Source: Fimbriosthenelais zetlandica
Taxonomy: Eukaryota
NCBI GenBank assembly: GCA_977030845.1
Contig: OZ365119.1
Span: 6,696,001 to 6,760,000 of the forward strand
DNA: 64,000 bases
Direction: 5' to 3'
Made by a program: the position numbers and the translations under genes. The notes under the pieces were generated by a model. It saw nothing but the letters and a program-made list of their open reading frames with translations. It did no database searches and was not told the DNA's origin. Every line of letters starts with the position of its first letter. Positions within the stretch are counted from its first letter, which is position 1. Positions 47,636 to 57,200 of this stretch are shown piece by piece.

Positions 47636-50600
47636 GTAGGTCCTCTACATTCTAAAGACTGGGACACACTTACACTAATCTGATTCTCCAATAGGTCACC
47701 ATCTGAACCACTATTACTAAAGACATCCAATGATTGAAATTGTATCAGTGGTTAGCTTTAAAATGGTGTAAAGATCTGTTCAAATTACATTTAGTGTGGA
47801 TAGGAATATGGTTTCAGACAGCTATAGGATGGACCCTGACAGAGAATCGGATTAGTGTGCCCCAGGCTTAATAATATTCTGAATTCTGCAAATGCATGAG
47901 TTTTAATGCCTATTTATATGCCTGTATAACAAAATGTCATATTTAAAATTGAAATTGAAGCAGAATTACATAGATATTAGAACTACAAAAACTATTACAA
48001 CTACAAAAACATTCGAACCATTGGATTATAACTAGATTCCACACTTTACTAAACATTGAGTTACTACTTTTTTTACCACCAGGGGTGGACAAGCTTCGGA
48101 GCAGTAATCTGGTTTGTGAGATCTATTTTAACGGTTCCTCGCCCTGTGGTGGGGGTATGATGGCGCTGGATGGAGTGACGGGGAGTACACTATGGACACA
48201 CTGGTCAACTCATGAGATATTCTCACTAAACTGTGGCGCGGATCTTGATCAGGATGGCATGAACGACTGTATAGGAGGTGGAAGAGCTGGGGTAAGATGA
48301 TCCTTACTTTGTGTTGTATCTATTTGCGGATTCCAGAAGCTTAAAAAGTGTTGGCGTAGGCGTTTCAATTGTGTGGCCGTTTACAAAGTAGATGACACTT
48401 AAAAGAGAGGACCAAAAGAGAGGTTGTTGTTTAACAATGTAACTATTTTTGTAATAGTTGGTGGTCGTTTTAGGCTTATTTTAGGCATCCTAAACTGTCC
48501 AACATTGCCTATTGAAACCTTTGTTAATATGCCAAATGCCCATGGGAATTTAGCACTAACGTGTCCATTATCTAAGGCCCCTGAAGGAGGCATAGCATAC
48601 CATTGTCCATATACAAGCTCTGCCTTCAAATGCCCAAGGACATGTATCTTTTTTCATTGAAGTTTCATTGTTGTTTCATTGAAGTTTTCTTTTCGTTTTG
48701 ACAGACTTTTGAAGCAGTTAGTGGGAGGACGGGAGCGCTACTGTGGCGCCATAACGGTACCAGCCTTAACGTCATCATGAACGCTTATACCGGACAATAC
48801 ATGGGTGACCTGGACGACGACGGTGTCCACGACATCCTCAACATCCACGGCGGTGACCCCCTCGGTGAACCCGGTACGTGAACTGATGCTTTAATTTATA
48901 TAAAGTTGTCTCACTTTGATGAAGGTATCTAAGTATCTTTTGGATTCTTGAATGCTGGGTGTGGAGGGTAAATACGGTCTTGTTTTAAATGCAAGTTCAG
49001 TAGCCATGTCTGTCTATCCTGTTAACGTTGGTGGCGGCATTTTCTTTCTGGTTTTGACTTTTTATGGGAAGTAAGTCCTCTTTGTTCTGTTTTAAAATTT
49101 GCTGCCAAGAATTAAGGACATAATACTGCGCATGTGTAGGTGATGAAAATGGTCCCAGAGGCCATCTTTGGGCTAATTGTGAAGTCATCTAAGTATCTTA
49201 ACCCATTTGGGTCCTCTTGAATGCACTAACTATTGGCATGATGTCCCACTTATATAGTATCTTGGCCATTCTGTACCTCACAAGGAATTATACTCCCAAT
49301 ATTGCATCCTCCCCAAGCAAGGCCTTCTATTCCGAGTACTCTCTATTCTTTATAACGAAGAGTAAGCGGAGTATAAGACCTGCCTTAGGGAGGATGAATA
49401 ATGTGGAAGTCGAGCAAGCAATAGACACCTCCAAACCAAACAAGAGTGAACTAACAATTCATATCCTTCCTGGACAAAGATTATTCCTGTTTATTAAAAA
49501 AAAAACTGCACTTCAGGGGCCTGATCCAAGATGGCGGCCTAGTCTCGCGAGGTACCTAAAATGACAAATTTTGCTCTTATTCCCTTAAAATTATTCCGTT
49601 GTTAAGGGCCTTGTCTCGCGAGACTTGAGGCCGCCATCTTGGATTAGGGCAGCAGGCCCCTAAAGTGCAGTTGTACGAAAAAAAGATATATTTCCCTTTC
49701 TTGTCAATCAGGTAGTGAGACGCGTCTGGGAGGTAAGCTGGTGATGTTCAGTGGGAGGAGTGGTGAGGTGCTACAGGTGTTAGACGTACCTGATGGGCGG
49801 GAGTCGTATTATTCACCAGTCCTTTACCAGAGGAAAGACGGTACTGACTACGTGCTATACGGTACAGGAGGTGAAACCCACCCAGGCTCACTATGGATCA
49901 TTACCGTACATGATCTACTGAAGGGGGACATCAACCAGGTACCAAAAAAATATTATATTAACATCACCACCAAAAGCGGTCTGACGAGGCATTTTTTATT
50001 CCTTTTTCCACAATACATGTTTGGAAAGAGCCATATATGAAGATAAAAGTTGTGTACGTTATTTCTGGAAAGTAGAACAGAAACTATGACCTAGATTTAA
50101 GCCTTAATGACCTAAATTACTAAATTACCTAATCAAGGTAATTACCACACATTTGAGATGTAATAAATTACTTTAATTATAACATATTGGGTTATCATAG
50201 GCTTAAAAGGTCCCTCACTTTATGTGGTGAGAAGTACAAGGCCGACAATATCTTCCAAATATGGTGAGAACTGTGTAAAATACCAGGCATGTCTGTGGTG
50301 AGAGACAAGTAAAAACCAAGTCAAAGCTCTACTAACTTTGTTTTCTTACATTTATTTCAGTCAGTAGCGCTTTATACTGACCATTATAAAGGCATCATGA
50401 CTCCCCCGGTCCTCATAGACATCACCAAAGACGGGACGGAGGATATTGTCTTCGCAACTTTCAACTCCACCGTTCTGGCCATCGATGGGGAGACCTTTAA
50501 GATGTTATGGAATTTCACCCACCCCAGCGCCGAGACATACGCGTAAGTAAGACAAGCATAGAGGTGGAAGCTTCTTAAAAGGCGGGCAGACAAGGGAGTC

Positions 50601-53600
50601 AGGTTGCAGCCTTGTAGCCGAAAAATTTGCTATTTGAGTGGCGAAAATTTGTATCAGAAAGGCAGAAATCTGCAGACCCTCTGTGCACCACACCTTCCCC
50701 TTGGGTCTGCCATGCATGTTGTTTTTCATCAACATTTTGTTAGTTTTTCACTTGATTCTGAGCACATTTCTGATGATAAATAATGTTTGTGAATGTTGTA
50801 GAACACCAGCTCCTGGCTACTATAACGATGATGATATTCCTGACTTCCTCATCAGACTACAGGTCGGCCCCGGCTTCCCTATCTACTACCACTCTATAGT
50901 AAGACTGTACTTCTCACTTTTGATTATTTGCTACGAAACTATAACGATCATGGCTCACATAGAACCTATAGATTGTCTTCAACTGATATATAAATTTTAC
51001 TTTAGATGATACACTGATGCAGAATGTTGGCAGCCCAAAATTGGGCTCACTCAGCAAAGAAACTTTGACATCATCTTGTCACTTGTCACTTTCAGAGCCC
51101 AAAACTTTGACATCAGGCTGTCACTTAAGATCCTGTTGTATAGCTATTTCGATTGTATGATATTTCTAGACTATTAAAGTAAAGGACACTGTTGCAGCTG
51201 CACCAACAGGGCAAAATCAGAATAATAATTCCCACTCTTTTGGGCCCACTGCAACTCGAAATAGTTGGTGTCTTCACCTTGACACTTGGTGTCAACTACT
51301 TTCCCTACATGCATAAACATAGCAACAGATAGCCCAAGTCAGTTAAATGTCACTAACTTATCAACTGGAGTAAATGAGATCATGTATTTTTGGCAGACCA
51401 CCATTTTGGATGGAGCTACAGGATTTCCTCTGTTGACACCCTATCTCAAGGACAGTGTGGGTGCCCAGACCTCCCCGCTCACACTCAGCCTTCAAGGTCA
51501 AGGCAATGACCTCTTCCTTTATTGGATAGCTGATTGTCATGGTGCAGAAGGCATAGGAGGGAAATTTAAGTTCATCAAAGGTTGGTACTATGTTATTTAC
51601 AATCTCTAGCACTTAAATCGATAATTTTTTGATGTTGGGAGGTCCTGAATTAGTTGGTGCTCTGACCCTCTCATCTCCAACTAACTCGTTTGTGTCACTA
51701 AGACCTTATCGACTTCATTGAGAATGCTCTTGATTTGTTTCGTCCACAGGGACCAATGTTCATGAACAGAGTAGGGCCGATTTTTGCCGATTGCGGTTCA
51801 AGACAAGTGGGTATAGTCGAATGTTGGCCATCAGCCAAAAAACAGGACCGCCAGGCCGAACTATTTATAACTCAGGTAAGGCTGTTTATCCAGCACATCT
51901 GTTGTGATTACCAATAGATTTGTTAACATTTGTGACTGATCTGTTGATTGTTTGTTGTTAGAGGAGAGATATCATACAGAACGTAGTTCCTGGGTCAATG
52001 CCTCGATCCTTGCTGAGGATTTCCTCCAGAATCACCCTGCGCATCGTCTGGCGTATCTCAAGTGGCAGGAGTGGATAGCTGAGAATCAGGAGAGGTGGAG
52101 GGTAAGGCACTTTCTTTGTATTGTATAGATGTGTATTTTTTGGCAACATACAATGAACAGGGGATGTTTTAAAGGGATGCTAAGCACTTGGTTTAAAGTT
52201 ATTTTCCTAGCTATAGTTCTGAGGTTAGATAGTTCATTTCACTACAAATTACAGTTGGCTGATGTATTAGTCGAGAAAGATCAATTCCTAAACATGATTT
52301 AAGTCGCCCTATCACAGAGCAGCCATCTTTAGTTTTAGCAAATATGATGTCACAGGATGTAACATGGTTAGCCAATCAGGATAAGGAAGGGGTTTGTTCA
52401 TTTCAAGAATGCCAATCTGTGTTCCTCCTGTGTCTTCCACTAAACTTGTCTTTTCAAAACAATGCCTCAAGTTCCCCATTTCAATGCATTATGATGCCCT
52501 TTTTCAGCAGAAAGACCGAGAACGTGAGGAGAAGCGAGGACGTATCGAAGCCGCGGCAGCGGACCGCGATGCCTTAGAAGAATATTACAAACATAAACTT
52601 TACGACAACGATGACATGGTTGACAGCAGAAAACCATCCCTGTTCCTCCCTGACAGGGAGGACTATAGGGAAGACACAGAATACAGACAAAACCCTGAGG
52701 GAGCGCTGGAAGAGGAAGAACAGAGAGAGGAAGACCAGATTCTCAAACATCAAATAGAAACCATAGTGAAGGATATCCTCGAGGAAAAGAAAGACAATGT
52801 TTGGGAATCGTTGTATGGTTCTGAGCCTGATGATGAAGAAACGTATCCGAGTTATGGACGTGGGAGAGACATGGGGGAGCCACAAAGACCTGTGTATCAG
52901 ACTCTATCATCAGAGATTGAGCCTGGGCTCTATGGAAGGACTAGAGAGCCTTTGGGTGATAGAAGGCAAGGGCCTCAAGGGGGAGCCTTGTCTGAGGCAT
53001 TGTTGAACGGAGGACAGAAACGTGTCTCATACACAGACACGCGTAGACCCTTTAATATTGAAAGACTGCATTTAGACAGAGACGATGGGTCTTTCACTGA
53101 TAAGGAACTTTTAGGGGAAGAAGACAGGGACAAGAAGATGGATGGGTTGGGAGAAAGAGAAGACGCTGTGGGAAGACGAAGGGGGGAGCTCGGGAGGAAA
53201 GTGAACATTCTACAAAATAGAGCGGAGAGTTTGGGAGACCCAAGGGAGGAGTGGGGAGCAAGAGGTAGTGTTTTAGGTGATCGGAGGGATGGTGTAGGTA
53301 GTCGGGGAGGTTACTTGGGTAGGAGAGGACATGTCTTCAGTGGAAACCTGGGTAAATCTGAGAGCAAAGTGGAGAGGGAGAGCAAGACGAAGGAGCAGCA
53401 GCTCCATGAGAAGTACATGCAGAGTTTTGGTCGGAAGAAGAGTCGCCACAAGCGGCATGTGGGACCTCATGACGAGGGAGGTCTTCAACGACTCATCTCA
53501 ACAGGTAAGACTTCTAGAAACTACTAGAAGGGTCCTGGGACTGGTATTGCCACTGGTTCCAAAACTATAAGTCATGTTACCCAAGTGTCTTAAGTTTATG

Positions 53601-55187
53601 ATCTTTCATTTGCGCCTAAATTGGCCTATACAATAAAATGTTATTTAACTTTCAGGCACCCTGGCACCTCCATTGCTGGATGAGTCGCATCCTGATTATA
53701 GCCGGAGTATGGACGTTATCTTTGCCACCTACTGGTTCTACCCGGCTAAAACCAAAATACTACTGAAGGAAGACGAGGATTGTATAGACGCGATGATGAA
53801 GAACGAGATCCAACGACTAGACCCACAAAGTAGGCCATAATATTGACATATAGTTTGGTTAAAAGGCTCAATCTTTGTAACTTATTGGGGTTCCCATCTA
53901 TAGGTCCTGTTCCTAGTTGAATAAACAGCACATAAAGAAATGTATTTAGGACTAAATGCGTCAACAAAACGAACAGTTTTTAGACCAAAATGTGCCCCAA
54001 ATTTAGCACAGGATGTGTTTCTTAGTTAACCCTGTTATTTGGGTTTAGTTTTGCCTTTCCTAAAGTCCGTTTCTCTTGTTAGATATTAGTGCTAATCTCG
54101 CTAAAAATGCGCTCTTTTTTCAACTTGGAAAGGGACCCACAGTTTGTTATGCATTGTTTTCAATGTCACTTTGTATTTTGGTTACATCTTGTTATATATG
54201 GATATTCTAGGTGAGTATTATGGGATGGATCATGATGGTTATGAGCATGAGGTGACGGAGCAGTGTTTAGAGAAGAGTGGACATATCCCGGAGCAGGGGA
54301 CCTACGAGTCTCAGTCCACCTACAACCCGTATGATGTCCACATGGGGCAGATGACTGTATATAGGTAGGTTTACGTTATATGGCTTGTTAGTGTATGTAA
54401 ATTACACTAGCGTCCAATGGAATACCCATAATAGGTCACAATTTAAGAAAAAAGGTTTTAAATGTTTAACTCCAAATGTCTTGTAGTGGACTTGCTAGGA
54501 TTTCAGTCGTCAATTCATGGGGCAGATTACTCTCTGTAAGTAGGTGAAATCATGGGGCACATTACTCTCTGTAAGTAGGTCAAATCATGGGGCACATTAC
54601 TCTCTGTAAGGAGGGCAAATCATGGGGCTGATTACTCTCTGTAAGGAGGGCAAATCATGGGGCTGATTACTCTCTGTAAGTAGGACAAATCATGGGGCAG
54701 ATTACTCTCTGTAAGTAGGTCAAATCATGGGGCACATTACTCTCTGTAAGTAGGTCAAATCATGGGGCAGATTACTCTCTGTAAGTAGGGCAAATCATTG
54801 GGCAGATTACTCCCTGAAAGTAGGGCAAATCATGGGGCAGATTACTCCTTGTAAGTTGGTCAAATCATGGGGCAGATTACTCCTTGTAAGTTGGTCAAAT
54901 CATGGGCAGATTACTCTCTGTAAGTAGGGCAAATCATGACATACATAGCTGTTAATAAGTTAAACAAAAAATCTGTTGTTTCTAGGCTTCGACTCAAATG
55001 TGTGTGTGGTACGTCATCAAAAACGACGCTGCATTCTCAGGTGACGTCAGGAAAAGAGACTTGTGGGACGTTCCTACCTTTTAGTGAGCAGCAGTGGCCC
55101 GCGTACATGGGGGTCAAGGCTGATAGTCGGTGGATACCACGACAACGACGACAATGGCGACGAAATGACGAACATGGACAACGATGA
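47089..55187 (+). CDS. fam234b: FAM234-family (FAM234B/ITFG3-like) type II membrane FG-GAP beta-propeller protein, 13 coding exons, 1135 aa
   Basis: Acidic cytoplasmic N-terminus and a single TM (LFWPLVYMFIFIASLAAFVCLIIYIV). Then VEDVWVVGHPKLLTESAFRLVDVNEDGVDDIIMGFATG, five DxxxDGxxD-like Ca-binding loops, DGRESYYSPV, GTGGETH and a C-terminal QQWPAYMG. All 12 introns GT-AG with consistent phase; 3408 nt. The A/B paralogue name is not strictly meaningful in an invertebrate. Confidence 0.88.
47656..47868. mobile_element. PIF/Harbinger-type MITE in the first FAM234 coding intron (TAA TSD)
   Basis: AGACTGGGACACAC...ACACTAATCTGATTCTC / GAGAATCGGATTAGTGTGCCCCAGGCT; TAA at 47653-47655 and 47869-47871. 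Confidence 0.65.
48083..48291 (+). CDS. fam234b: FAM234 coding exon 2
   Basis: Acceptor ccaccag|; VDKLRSS...CGGGMMALDGVTG...DLDQDGMNDCIGGGRAG; donor GTAAGA. Confidence 0.9.
48705..48873 (+). CDS. fam234b: FAM234 coding exon 3
   Basis: Acceptor ttttgacag|; TFEAVSGRTGALLW...DLDDDGVHDILNIHGGDP; donor GTACGT. Confidence 0.9.
49504..49672. mobile_element. Hairpin/MITE-like inverted repeat carrying YY1 and TCTCGCGAGA motifs
   Basis: Arms 49504-49551 and 49615-49672 are reverse complements apart from one mismatch and two indels. Confidence 0.65.
49712..49938 (+). CDS. fam234b: FAM234 coding exon 4
   Basis: Acceptor caatcag|; GKLVMFSGRSG...PDGRESYYSPV...GTGGETHPGSLW; donor GTACCA. Confidence 0.9.
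50361..50542 (+). CDS. fam234b: FAM234 coding exon 5
   Basis: Acceptor tatttcag|; SVALYTDHYKGIMTPPVLIDITKDGTEDIV...AETY; donor GTAAGT (phase 2). Confidence 0.88.
50802..50898 (+). CDS. fam234b: FAM234 coding exon 6
   Basis: Acceptor gttgtag|; TPAPGYYNDDDIPDFLIRLQVGPGFPIYYHSI; donor GTAAGA. Confidence 0.9.
51397..51580 (+). CDS. fam234b: FAM234 coding exon 7
   Basis: Acceptor tttttggcag|; TTILDGATG...GNDLFLYWIADC...; donor GTTGGT (phase 1). Confidence 0.88.
51750..51875 (+). CDS. fam234b: FAM234 coding exon 8
   Basis: Acceptor gtccacag|; GTNVHEQSRADFCRLRFK...GRTIYNS; donor GTAAGG. Confidence 0.88.
51962..52101 (+). CDS. fam234b: FAM234 coding exon 9
   Basis: Acceptor ttgttgttag|; EERYHTERSSWVNASILAEDFLQNHP...ERWR; donor GTAAGG; phases 1 to 0 fit the neighbours. 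Confidence 0.82.
52508..53504 (+). CDS. fam234b: FAM234 coding exon 10 (long charged insert)
   Basis: Within ORF 52394-53527; tandem acceptor ttttcag|cag|; ends RHKRHVGPHDEGGLQRLIST; donor G|GTAAGA at 53505. Confidence 0.85.
53656..53829 (+). CDS. fam234b: FAM234 coding exon 11
   Basis: Acceptor actttcag|; GTLAPPLL...SMDVIFATYWFYP...RLDPQ; donor GTAGGC. Confidence 0.88.
54211..54364 (+). CDS. fam234b: FAM234 coding exon 12
   Basis: Acceptor attctag|; EYYGMDHDGYEHEV...HMGQMTVYR; donor GTAGGT (phase 2). Confidence 0.88.
54512..54938. repeat. 35-bp minisatellite, ~12 copies, in the last FAM234 intron
   Basis: Unit AAATCATGGGGCAGATTACTCTCTGTAAGTAGGTC with variants. Confidence 0.95.
54986..55187 (+). 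CDS. fam234b: FAM234 coding exon 13 (terminal)
   Basis: Acceptor gtttctag|; LRLKCVCG...EQQWPAYMGVKADS...; TGA at 55185-55187. Confidence 0.88.
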
Positions 55188-55496
55188 CATATAGGAGGTC
55201 AGGAGGGGTCAACGGTCATGACCTGGTGACGTCATGACCTAGTGACGTCATGACGATGTGATGATTATTGGTGCTAGAACTGGGTTGTAACCAAAATGCG
55301 TTGTAACCACGTTTCCATAGGTATTTATTTATTTTATTTTATTTATTTATTATTTCCCTTTTTATTTATTTTATTGATTTACCACATTTATTTCCTTTTT
55401 ATTGGTTTATTTATTTACAACTTTATTTGTGATTTATTTACTTTTTTTCGTCATTTATTTACCTTTTTATTTATTAATATATCCAAGAGTTAAACA

Positions 55497-55502
55497 AATA
55501 AA
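55497..55502 (+). terminator. Candidate FAM234 polyadenylation signal
   Basis: AATAAA about 310 nt after the stop, following a U-rich 3' UTR. Confidence 0.5.
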
Positions 55503-55681
55503 GATACATTTTTTATGAAAAAATGTTAGTCAGTATCACATTTTTTTTAAATTGTATTGATGTGTTAAAAAGCGGCAGGTAGGAGCGGGAATGTAGTAAA
55601 TTGTCCAAAGAGTAACACAAATTATTATAACGTCGAAGCCCATCGCAAATTATTTAAACCTCAACCTTCGACTAGGCGACC

Positions 55682-55695
55682 CTGCCACCTAGTGG
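55682..55695 (-). promoter_or_regulatory. Candidate CTCF site
   Basis: Reverse complement CCACTAGGTGGCAG fits the CTCF core CCASYAGRKGGCRS at all positions. Confidence 0.5.
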
Positions 55696-56334
55696 ATATA
55701 TCATGAACAAAGAAGACCACTCTATAAGTGATCCACATGCACGCTCTCTCCCCCCCCCCCCCCCCCCCCACCCTTCCTCAAGATAGTCAATCATTCTTTT
55801 TTTTTAACTATTTTTTTTTAAACTAAATCCTCCCACTCGGTGCACTCAACCTAAGAAGAAAAATAACAGGAATACAACCGATCGATGCTCTCTCATGGGA
55901 AATGTGTCAGAAGCGGTGAAGCTTGTCTGAAAAGAAGCAACTAAAATTTAACACACAAAAGAAACGAGTTCAAGAACTCGGATCTGTCACTGCAAAACAC
56001 GATCAAAATAGGAAAAAAGCCAGGAATGTATGGTGGTTTAATGGCATGATTTTGGAGATCCCCAAGATTCCTGGCGCTCCTTTCGGAAAGGTTTGACAAA
56101 AAATCTTGGCAGGAATCCAAGAAGAGATGAGAATAACCTGATAATGATGTAAGTATTATTATTCTATTATTACCAGTTTAATAAAAAAAAAAATTGACTT
56201 ACTAGGTCATGTCGTGAGAGCGAGCAAGTGAGAGCGTGTCAGAGGGAGATATTGAGCGAGAAAGCAAGAGAGTTAATAAGATAGAGAGAAATTGAGAGGG
56301 ATGGAGATGGAGAGAGAAACGCACTGAGAGGAAA

Positions 56335-56465
56335 AGAGATACTGAGACAGAGAGAGATACTGAGACAGAGAGAGATACTGAGACAGAGAGAGATACAGAG
56401 ACAGAGAGAGATACTGAGACAGAGAGAGATACAGAGACAGAGAGATATACTGAGACAGAGAGAGA
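56335..56465. repeat. 18-bp GA-rich tandem repeat inside a GA block (56215-56740)
   Basis: Unit GAGATACTGAGACAGAGA, ~7 copies. Confidence 0.85.
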
Positions 56466-56932
56466 CAGCAGAAGTGAGAGCAGTTGGACAGAGAGTTTTT
56501 GTGAGTGAGATTGTGAGCTAGAGATATAGAGAGAGCTAGCGAAACATTGCGAGTGAGATTTTGTGTCAGAGAGAGATAGAAAGAGAGACAGATAGAAAGA
56601 GATCTACCGAGTAAGTGGGAGAAAGATTGAGAGCAAGAGATAAAGAGGGAAAGCGAATGAGAGGACAAGCGAGAGAGACAGAGAGAGAATGCGAGAGCGA
56701 GACTAAGAGCGAGTGAGAGAGAGGGAGAGAGAGGAGTCAGTGGAGCGTATCATTGATCTACTCTATTGGTTATACCCACTTCCAGGTTGCCATGGTGCGA
56801 TACTCGAGGTTGACAAATGAAATTGAGCCGTGAACATTCCAACACTGAATCATCATTCCTCCAGCGTGAGAACTTCCATCAGGAGAGAGTTCAACGAAAC
56901 TAAACTGAGGTAAAGGATATTTTTTGTCAATA

Positions 56933-57200
56933 TATAGAAACTAGTCAATTAAATACAAAGATAGGAAGTAGTCAATTAAATACAAAGATAGGAAGTAGTC
57001 AATTTAATACAAGATAGAAACTAGTCAATTAAATAAAAATAGAAACTAGTCAATTAAATATAAAGACATAAACTAGTCAATTAAATACAAAATAGAAACT
57101 AGTCCATTAAATACAAAATAGAAACTAGTCAATTAAATACAAAGATAGAAACTAGTCAATTAAATACAAAGATAGAAACTAGTCAATTAAAAACTAGTCA
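56933..57200. repeat. ~27-bp AT-rich minisatellite, ~9-10 copies
   Basis: Unit CTAGTCAATTAAATACAAAGATAGAAA with small indels. Confidence 0.9.

Noticed and set aside
44359-57200. CRISPR-like arrays (22-, 35- and 27-bp repeats)
   Set aside because: Head-to-tail units without unique spacers, eukaryotic context, no cas genes.
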